Source: Deltaproteobacteria bacterium (GTDB lineage Bacteria > Myxococcota > XYA12-FULL-58-9 > JABJBS01). From it: a DNA stretch of 64,000 nt. Positions 57,690 to 64,000 of this stretch are shown one piece after another. Within the stretch, counting starts at the first letter, position 1, and every line of letters starts with the position of its first letter. The notes beneath the pieces were generated by a model. It saw only the letters and a program-made list of their open reading frames with translations. It was not told the DNA's origin and did no database searches. The stretch is from positions 1,430 to 65,429 of the forward strand of contig JABJBS010000308.1 in assembly GCA_018668695.1 (NCBI GenBank). The letters run 5' to 3'. Made by a program: the position numbers and the translations under genes.

Positions 57690-57989
57690 TCACGAAACCG
57701 CGATCTGTCCTTCGAGAATGGCTTTAAGTTCGCGAGTGATAAATGTTTTTTCAACGTAGACAGTGGCACCTGCTTCAATCAATATTTGTCGGCGGTCTGC
57801 CTACCTCTAAACAATCAGTATGACGATCGAGATTAAGCCTAACACTGAATTATCAACTTGTTTTTCAGGCATCACTGGTGTGCCTTCAAAGCCCTTGATG
57901 ACCGAGCGCTCACTGTCTACACGAACTGCTTTAAACAGCGCTTCGCTCAGAGCTAAAAGCCTATCGCCAAACGGCTCAGTGACGAAGCG
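57690..57989 (-). pseudogene. Possible decayed single-domain response-regulator (receiver) remnant with two in-frame TAG codons
   Basis: One minus-strand frame reads ...PVMPEKQVDNSVLGLISIVILIV*R*ADRRQILIEAGATVYVEKTFITRELKAILEGQIAVS*. The TAG codons are at 57801-57803 and 57807-57809. The tail matches the REC beta4-alpha4-beta5(K)-alpha5 layout. There is no usable start codon and the N-terminal half is degenerate. Confidence 0.35.
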
Positions 57990-57991
57990 GC

Positions 57992-58606
57992 CTAGTGAAG
58001 GGCAGCTCGCAGAGGAAGAGACTCAACCAATTTAGCCTCACTGTCCAAAAGCTCATCTACACGCGCCATAACCACTTCTTCGGAGAAATAGCTGCGCGCA
58101 AGTCTCAAGAAAAGACCGTGGTGTCGGGCTTCGGCCTTGGCGAGCCCCGCATAGAAATCCTTCCAAGCTCCCTCGGGCAGATACTTCCCAAGTAAATAGA
58201 AGCGCTCACACCCTCGTGCCTCAACCAGGCCAAAGACCAGGAGACGGTCGAGGAAATAATGATCTGTATCACCGCGGCGAATCATCTTATGCAAGGCAGT
58301 CATATAAGCATCTGGCTCATCCTTCGTCAGCCACTGCCCCTGCTCCTCAAGCCGGTTAAGAACCTCTTTAAAATGAGACAGTTCCTCGCGGGCAAGGTCT
58401 ACCAAAGCATTAACAAGCTCAGGGCGCTGAGGCTGGTGCGCCACCAAAGTGAGCGCAGCTGCCGCCACCTTTCTCTCACTGTGTGCGTGATCCTTAAGGA
58501 ATTTGTTCATATTGTTCTCAACAATTCGAACCCATTCCAACGGCGTATCATAGCGAAGCTTCAACATAATCGAGCGTTTAGCAGTCCCTAAGGGAGTTGA
58601 AAACAC
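57992..58606 (-). CDS. miaE: tRNA-(ms2io6A37)-hydroxylase MiaE-like diiron protein
   Basis: The ferritin-like diiron ligand pattern sits in the MiaE-typical context: LKDHAHSERKVAAAAL, AREELSHFKEV, LVEARGCERF and AKAEARHHGLF. The length is ~200 aa. An alternative start is ATG 58567. Confidence 0.65.
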   Translation of the reverse strand: MFSTPLGTAKRSIMLKLRYDTPLEWVRIVENNMNKFLKDHAHSERKVAAAALTLVAHQPQRPELVNALVDLAREELSHFKEVLNRLEEQGQWLTKDEPDAYMTALHKMIRRGDTDHYFLDRLLVFGLVEARGCERFYLLGKYLPEGAWKDFYAGLAKAEARHHGLFLRLARSYFSEEVVMARVDELLDSEAKLVESLPLRAALH

Positions 58607-58668
58607 AAAAAGAACAGACCTTGTCGCCGGTTACCAAGAGCGTTACATAGCAATTGGGAGACACTTTT

Positions 58669-59661
58669 ATGAGCACCATGACAACCGCCCCGAAATTAGC
58701 GTCAAGTCCCGGGAATCCGGAGACTTTACCAACTCGCGAAGACATCGAACGCGCCTACTCTCTCATTTCCGATGCCGTTCACCGTACGCCCGTGATGCAG
58801 TCAAGATTCATCAATTCTCTGGTAGGCGCCGAAGTTTACTTCAAATGCGAGCACCTTCAAGCCGGGGGAGCCTTCAAATATCGCGGGGCAAGCCACGTTA
58901 TGCGGCTCCTCACTGAAGAGGAAAAACAACGGGGTGTAATCACGCACTCATCAGGTAACCACGCTCAAGCGGTCGCCTTGTCGGCAAAGCGATTTGGCAT
59001 CAAGGCTACGATTGTTATGCCAAAAGGTTCCAATCCGCTTAAGAAAACAGCCACACAAGGCTACGGCGCGAGAGTCATCGAATGTGAGAACTCACAAGCT
59101 TCTCGCGAACAAACCTGCGCCGACGAGATTGAGCGAACAGGCATGGTCCTTATCCACCCGTTCGATGACCATCGTATCATTTGTGGCGCTGGAACCGCTG
59201 CACTCGAGCTTGAAGAACAAGTACCCAATCTCGATATGGTCGTAACACCTGTGGGTGGCGGAGGGCTCTTGTCGGGAACTGCGACAGCTCTTCACGGACG
59301 CATCCCTGTTTACGGAAGCGAACCCCACGGGGCCAGTGATGCTCACCAAGGATTCACCACAGGAGTTCGTGTCGAGAGTCAAACCCCTGATACCGTGGCC
59401 GATGGTCTGAGAACTTGTGTGGGTGTGCGTAACTTCGAAATCATTCGTGCGAAAGTCAAAGACATCGGGCTCACATCGGACAAAGAACTACTTGAAGCTA
59501 CATCACTGGTTCATTTAAGAATGAAGCAACTGATCGAACCTTCGTCTGCAGTTCCCTTGGCATGCCTTCTCAACGGGAGCCTACCCAAAGCACCCAAAAT
59601 AGGAATCATCATCAGCGGTGGAAATGTTGATCTGAAAGACCTCATAACCAGGATGCCCTGA
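58669..59661 (+). CDS. PLP-dependent threonine/serine dehydratase (serine racemase-like fold type II enzyme)
   Basis: Start at ATG 58669, after GGGAGA. The PLP-Lys motif is LQAGGAFKYRGA. SSGNHAQAVA and the Gly loop PVGGGGLLSG are also present. Confidence 0.8.
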   Translation: MSTMTTAPKLASSPGNPETLPTREDIERAYSLISDAVHRTPVMQSRFINSLVGAEVYFKCEHLQAGGAFKYRGASHVMRLLTEEEKQRGVITHSSGNHAQAVALSAKRFGIKATIVMPKGSNPLKKTATQGYGARVIECENSQASREQTCADEIERTGMVLIHPFDDHRIICGAGTAALELEEQVPNLDMVVTPVGGGGLLSGTATALHGRIPVYGSEPHGASDAHQGFTTGVRVESQTPDTVADGLRTCVGVRNFEIIRAKVKDIGLTSDKELLEATSLVHLRMKQLIEPSSAVPLACLLNGSLPKAPKIGIIISGGNVDLKDLITRMP

Positions 59662-59662
59662 G

Positions 59663-60193
59663 ATGGTAAAACTAGACTTGTTGGCTACGGCCGTTTGCCT
59701 CTTTTACTGGTTAACCAATCAGCTCATCTACAAAATTCATTTTAAAGATGAAAAAAAAGAGCAAGCTGCCGCTCGCCCCGTCTATAAAACTTCCGGCGCT
59801 ACTCGCTTATTTAAACCAGCTGTTCGCTTCCTCTATGGGTTGGTACTCGTCAGAATTATCGCTACCCCATTCCTCACAATTCCCATCGAGAGAACAAATT
59901 TAATCCTTGGTAGTATCCTCTGCGCGATTGGCATTATTTTACTGAATAAAAGTTTACGAACACTGGGTAACAATTATGCCCCTTGCCATGCAGGTGTCAT
60001 TCCTCATGAGAGAATTAAGGCCGGGCCCTATCGGGTCTTTGCACACCCAATCTACCTTGCAAATCTCATTTTGCTCGCGGGCGTATGGATAGCGATTGGC
60101 GGATTCTTACTGGGACCCATATGGCTGTCTTTTGCTTTTTTCTATGCTGTCTCAATAAGAGATGAAGAAAAAGCTTTCAAAGAGCACTTCTGA
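59663..60193 (+). CDS. Isoprenylcysteine carboxyl methyltransferase (ICMT)/phospholipid methyltransferase-family membrane protein
   Basis: Four or five TM helices and the family motif GPYRVFAHPIYLANLILLAG...EEKAFKEHF. It starts 1 nt after the dehydratase stop. Confidence 0.7.
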   Translation: MVKLDLLATAVCLFYWLTNQLIYKIHFKDEKKEQAAARPVYKTSGATRLFKPAVRFLYGLVLVRIIATPFLTIPIERTNLILGSILCAIGIILLNKSLRTLGNNYAPCHAGVIPHERIKAGPYRVFAHPIYLANLILLAGVWIAIGGFLLGPIWLSFAFFYAVSIRDEEKAFKEHF

Positions 60194-60207
60194 TAAGACT
60201 TCTAAAG

Positions 60208-61650
60208 TTACCGGGCAACCGGCAACCATACACAAAACCGAGCACCACCCAATTCAGGGCTTGATTCGACCCAGATTTTACCGAGATGGCTTACAACGAT
60301 CTGTTGGCTGATGGCCAGACCCAGACCGGTCCCTGCGCCAGGACGCTTGGTCGTAAAGTAACCCTCAAAGATACTCTCGTGCAGTTCAGGCTTTACCCCA
60401 TAACCATTGTCTTCGATGCTCAGCAAGATTCCGGCTTCACCTAGGTTCGCTTTATCTTCCAGTCGAATTCTGATCGTCCCACCTGTTTGAGTATCCTTAC
60501 CACTTACAAATTTTTCGGCCATTGCATCCGCCGCATTGCTCAACAAATTGATGACGACTTGTCCCAGGTGATTGCGCTTACAGGTTAAAGGAGAAATGGC
60601 CGCCGGTTTGAAGTCGATATGGTAAGGCTTGGTCTTCGCTCTTGAGATGAGCAACGACTGTTGCACCACTTCGTTCAAATCAACCCCCGCCACCACACTG
60701 GTGTCGAACCGGGCATTGGTCTGCAATGCGTTGCAATACTCGAGCATACGACCCGACGATACAGTCATAATATCCAGTGACTCTTTGGCGTCGTGAAACA
60801 TCTGCTCAAAGCGCGCCTTCAGCTCAAGCGCCTGAGGTGACTCATCAAAAAGAGCCATAATCGCTCGTTCAATCAACACATGCTTTTCTGACAATCCCCC
60901 CACAGCAAACTCAATCGCGGAAGTGGGTGAATTCAACTCGTGAGCTATTCCAGCGATCATGGACCCAAAGGTAGCCAGCTGCTCCCCATGCACCAACTGT
61001 TCTTGAGCAAATTCAAGCTTTCGGTTCAGCTCAGCCAAGCGCCCTTCAAGCTCTCCTACAGGTTCCTCAAGTAACTCACGCCGCTTAACTTCTTCTTCGA
61101 TTTTGGCCGACGCGACCCGCTCAGTTTGCTTTACCTGCTCAATGGCGCGGTCGGCGATGATCCGCTTCGAATGAATCAATTGCATCATCGACTTTTGCAG
61201 CTGCTGAAAGTCGACAGGCTTGGTCAAGACACCGTCGGCACCCGTATAAGCCAAGCTTTCAGAATCATACTTTGCAGTATAAGCAGTTAAAAAGAGGATG
61301 GGTGTATCGACTGACTTTAAACCCTTCATATAATCGAACGGGTTATCAACAACTTGTCCTCGTAAACAACGGGTGATCTGAACCCCGTTAAGATCTGAAC
61401 CCGAAAGCTCAATATCCATTAAAATGAGGTCGTAGGTTTTCTGCTTTAACTTTTGATAAACAGTACGGCTGTCCTGAGCCCAATCTAGCTCGTATTCACG
61501 CCTAAGCTCCAGTGACGTGATCTCCCAGTTCATACTGTTGTCTTCTACATAAAGAATCCGTGGGCGGTCTTTAACAACCTCTCCACTCTTCTTCTCCGGT
61601 GGCTCTTCGACCCGGCCTGCTTTCACTCTTTTTAAAACCATGCTCCACAC
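60208..61650 (-). CDS. Receiver-coiled coil-histidine kinase hybrid sensor
   Basis: The REC reads ILYVEDNSMNWE...LILMDIELSGSDLNG...FLTAYT...VLTKP. The H-box is IAGIAHELNSPTSAI. The HATPase part reads LLSNAADAM, EDNGYGV and GTGLGLAI. Confidence 0.85.
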   Translation of the reverse strand: MWSMVLKRVKAGRVEEPPEKKSGEVVKDRPRILYVEDNSMNWEITSLELRREYELDWAQDSRTVYQKLKQKTYDLILMDIELSGSDLNGVQITRCLRGQVVDNPFDYMKGLKSVDTPILFLTAYTAKYDSESLAYTGADGVLTKPVDFQQLQKSMMQLIHSKRIIADRAIEQVKQTERVASAKIEEEVKRRELLEEPVGELEGRLAELNRKLEFAQEQLVHGEQLATFGSMIAGIAHELNSPTSAIEFAVGGLSEKHVLIERAIMALFDESPQALELKARFEQMFHDAKESLDIMTVSSGRMLEYCNALQTNARFDTSVVAGVDLNEVVQQSLLISRAKTKPYHIDFKPAAISPLTCKRNHLGQVVINLLSNAADAMAEKFVSGKDTQTGGTIRIRLEDKANLGEAGILLSIEDNGYGVKPELHESIFEGYFTTKRPGAGTGLGLAISQQIVVSHLGKIWVESSPELGGARFCVWLPVAR

Positions 61651-61765
61651 AGTCTAGCAACGAAACGAGGTTTGCTCCAATCCAACCTTCCACGAAGTTG
61701 AGGCAGCGAAATGTTTGACCCCTACTCCCAACAAGTGTTCACTGAAACTCGCCTATTGTGGAGAT

Positions 61766-62920
61766 ATGATGATGAAGTTTTCCAAAAATGCCCAAGATCT
61801 TGTCCCCTTTCTTGCGATGGAGATCATGGAACGTGGCATGGCTCTAAAGGAGTCGGGACGCTCAATTGTGCAGTTAGGGGTCGGTGAGCCTAACTTTGAT
61901 CCTCCACCTCAGGTCTTGGAAGCTACCCATGGCGCCTTAGACGCACATATGACCCACTACACCGACAGCCGCGGACTTACGGAGCTTAGAGAGGCAATCG
62001 CCGAGGATTGCTGGCAACGCCGCGGTAAACGCGTCAGCCCAAATCAGATCATCGTCACCAGTGGTACATCTCCAGCACTCTCCATGGTCATGCACCTCTT
62101 GTTAGAACCAGGCGACGAGCTGATTATCCCCACACCTCATTACGCTTGTTACCCCAATATGGTTCGGCTCTGCGGTGCGATCCCCGTTCTTGTCGAAACA
62201 GCTCCTGAAGACGGCTACAAACTGGACGTTCAAAGAGTTCGCGATGCCATTTCTCCCCGAACTCGCGGGATCTTATTAGCGTCTCCAGCAAACCCCACCG
62301 GCGCGGTTCAACCCCCGGAGGTCATGAAAGCCCTCGCTGAACTCGATATCCCGCTTTTATCTGACGAGATTTACGACGGCCTTGTTTTCGATGGCGTCAC
62401 GGCAACCTCACCACTCCAATATAAAGACGATGTCTTCATTTTTGACGGCTTTTCAAAGCGTTACGCAATGACCGGGTTTAGGCTGGGTTACGTCATCGCT
62501 CCCGAAAAAGCCATCCGCCCGCTACAGACCATGCAACAAAACCTCCACATATCGGCGGCACACTTTCCCCAAGCCGGCGCTATTGCCGCCCTCAAATTTG
62601 GACAGAAGCATTTAGAAATGATGCGTCAAACCTACGAGAAAAGACGAAAAATTCTCTTGGGAGGCTTAAGAGCAATGGGAATGAAAATACCGGTCGACCC
62701 TGTGGGAGCCTTCTATATCCTCGCTGACCCGGGTTTAGGCTCGATATCATCACTGGATCTAGCATTCAGAATCCTCGATGAGGCAGGTGTTGCGGTAGGT
62801 CCAGGCAAAGATTTTGGAGAAATTGCCGAAGGCAAACTCCGTTTTAGCTATGCGGCCAGCGAGAATGACATCAACGAAGCCATTCACCGACTTGAGAAGT
62901 GGTTCCAAAGCAACCGCTGA
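61766..62920 (+). CDS. Class I pyridoxal-phosphate-dependent (aspartate/aromatic-type) aminotransferase
   Basis: LGVGEPNFDPP, SPANPTG, SDEIY and the PLP-Lys context DGFSKRYAMTGFRLGY. The start is one of three consecutive ATGs (61766, 61769, 61772). GGAGA at 61760-61764 favours the last one. Confidence 0.8.
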   Translation: MMMKFSKNAQDLVPFLAMEIMERGMALKESGRSIVQLGVGEPNFDPPPQVLEATHGALDAHMTHYTDSRGLTELREAIAEDCWQRRGKRVSPNQIIVTSGTSPALSMVMHLLLEPGDELIIPTPHYACYPNMVRLCGAIPVLVETAPEDGYKLDVQRVRDAISPRTRGILLASPANPTGAVQPPEVMKALAELDIPLLSDEIYDGLVFDGVTATSPLQYKDDVFIFDGFSKRYAMTGFRLGYVIAPEKAIRPLQTMQQNLHISAAHFPQAGAIAALKFGQKHLEMMRQTYEKRRKILLGGLRAMGMKIPVDPVGAFYILADPGLGSISSLDLAFRILDEAGVAVGPGKDFGEIAEGKLRFSYAASENDINEAIHRLEKWFQSNR

Positions 62921-63009
62921 AGAGTTGGCCAAGAATAACTTATGGCTCCAGCTTCCCAGGAAGAGTATACTTTTTAGGACCAGTACCCTCGACGGAGTTT
63001 AATTGTCGA

Positions 63010-64000
63010 ATGCCAAATGTGCTAACAGTGGAAGACAACCCGACGACGCGCGCTATCCTTTCATCAGCGCTGCGTGACCGAGGGCATGAAGTCTTTGAAG
63101 CCGAGCACGGTAAAGCAGCACTCGACATCCTAGCAGAGAACGAGGTCGAGATTATTCTGCTGGATATTCACATGCCAGTGATGGACGGCCCCGAACTTCT
63201 CTCCGAGCTTAAACGAAGTCGGCCTGAGCTTCCGGTTGTCCTACTTTCAGGAAAACGTGACATCAATCGAATCAAGGCCTGTATGGACTTAGGTGCTCTT
63301 CAGTACCTACATAAGCCTGTTGATATTAATGTCTTGCACGAAGTCATCACAGATATCGCCGGGGCCGGCAACACCGAGGCTGTATCCGCGCACTGGGGAA
63401 CGATGATGCTTGTAAGTACTGACGAAGCGGCGTCAACCAAGCTTCGTGAGCTCTTACCGCAACCCATCAAAATAGAATTCGCGACATCCATGCGCACGGC
63501 AACAGAGGCGTCTGCCCGGCACCGTTTTCGAACCATCATTGTTGATGATGAATTTGAAAGTGGAGCACCTGAGACCGCGGCACTTGTTCGGGAAAATCAA
63601 GCCGAAGCGATTGTCTTTGCACTCTATTCCGAAAGCCAGTCGCAGCCGGCTGAGCAGGCCTGGTCAGATGGCTTTGATGGATTCCTCTCGAAGCCAATTG
63701 AGACCGGCGCGATTGATTACCTCCTGGGCTTAATTGGTTATTACCATTTTGAGCTGGAAGATATTCTCGATGTTGACGAAGGATTACTCACACCTTTGCC
63801 CTACGACGGGTTTCACGCAACCGTCGAGCGCTATTACTCCCATCTCGCTGAAAAGATAGGTCTGATCCTTCAGGATCTCAGCAATGAAGGCTACGAAGAT
63901 GTGGTGCTCGACTGTTCAGAGCTGCCGGAGTCCCCTCTTCGACTCATCCTCGCACAGACCGCTATAGAGTATTGTGCCGAAGAGGATCTTGGCATTCGCT
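63010..64000 (+). CDS. REC-REC-STAS-like response regulator, 3' end outside window (paralog of 1624-2733); not in the supplied ORF track
   Basis: My own translation of frame 1 from ATG 63010 is open to the window edge. It reads MPNVLTVEDNPTTRAIL...IILLDIHMPVMDGPELL...VVLLSGK...YLHKP (REC1), then a degenerate REC2 (RTIIVDDEFESG...GFLSKP), then ELEDILDVDEGLL...YEDVVLDCSELPESPLRLILAQTAIEYCAEEDLGIR (STAS-like). Confidence 0.75.
   Translation, partial: MPNVLTVEDNPTTRAILSSALRDRGHEVFEAEHGKAALDILAENEVEIILLDIHMPVMDGPELLSELKRSRPELPVVLLSGKRDINRIKACMDLGALQYLHKPVDINVLHEVITDIAGAGNTEAVSAHWGTMMLVSTDEAASTKLRELLPQPIKIEFATSMRTATEASARHRFRTIIVDDEFESGAPETAALVRENQAEAIVFALYSESQSQPAEQAWSDGFDGFLSKPIETGAIDYLLGLIGYYHFELEDILDVDEGLLTPLPYDGFHATVERYYSHLAEKIGLILQDLSNEGYEDVVLDCSELPESPLRLILAQTAIEYCAEEDLGIR

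Noticed and set aside
57820-58035. 71-aa plus-strand ORF in the PilZ-miaE gap
   Set aside because: It overlaps the miaE 3' end, has no RBS, and has an unremarkable composition. The opposite strand carries the receiver-like remnant, which explains the openness of the region better.
1-64000. Search by eye for tRNA/rRNA genes, CRISPR repeats, IS elements, integrases, phage or known defence-system genes
   Set aside because: I found none. All intergenic regions longer than 150 bp were read on both strands, and only hairpins, AT-rich promoter-like tracts and the receiver remnant were seen.

Overview
This is a densely coding 64-kb chromosomal segment of roughly 50% GC by eye. I call about 49 protein genes across both strands. 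I recognised no rRNA, tRNA, CRISPR array, transposase, integrase or phage genes. The gene content suggests a deltaproteobacterium-like, probably marine organism (Myxococcota, Bradymonadales or Bdellovibrionota style). That placement is an inference from sigma-54/PilZ/HDOD signalling density, many lipobox lipoproteins, very acidic secreted proteins and a lipoxygenase.

Confident housekeeping calls are parE-parC, rpoD, mutS2, purT, mtnA, an acyl-CoA synthetase, two class-I aminotransferases, a quinone oxidoreductase, a MiaE-like tRNA hydroxylase and a threonine/serine dehydratase.

Signalling genes are unusually abundant. They include a hybrid kinase fragment, a free Hpt, two REC-REC-STAS paralogs (one at each window edge), REC-PAS-HK, REC-HK and HK-REC-HK kinases, an HDOD protein, two PilZ proteins, and a sigma-54 activator carrying a degenerate GGDEF domain plus GAF.

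The most interesting items are:
- Two translationally coupled giant lipoprotein paralogs (8986-15734). Their C-terminal ~500 aa read, motif by motif, like a eukaryote-type BPI/LBP/CETP (TULIP) lipid-binding module. One paralog also carries an extra 6-Cys insert.
- A tight 4-gene gamma-glutamylation operon in which an Fe-alcohol dehydrogenase takes the place of the usual oxidase.
- A histone-H1-like repeat protein with HeH/SAP-like motifs and a zinc ribbon, divergent from topo IV.
- A bacterial lipoxygenase next to an extremely acidic lipoprotein.
- A decayed receiver-domain remnant with two in-frame amber codons.
- Nine of eleven convergent gene junctions that abut or overlap at their stop codons.

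All domain calls come from motif reading only. No database search was run.
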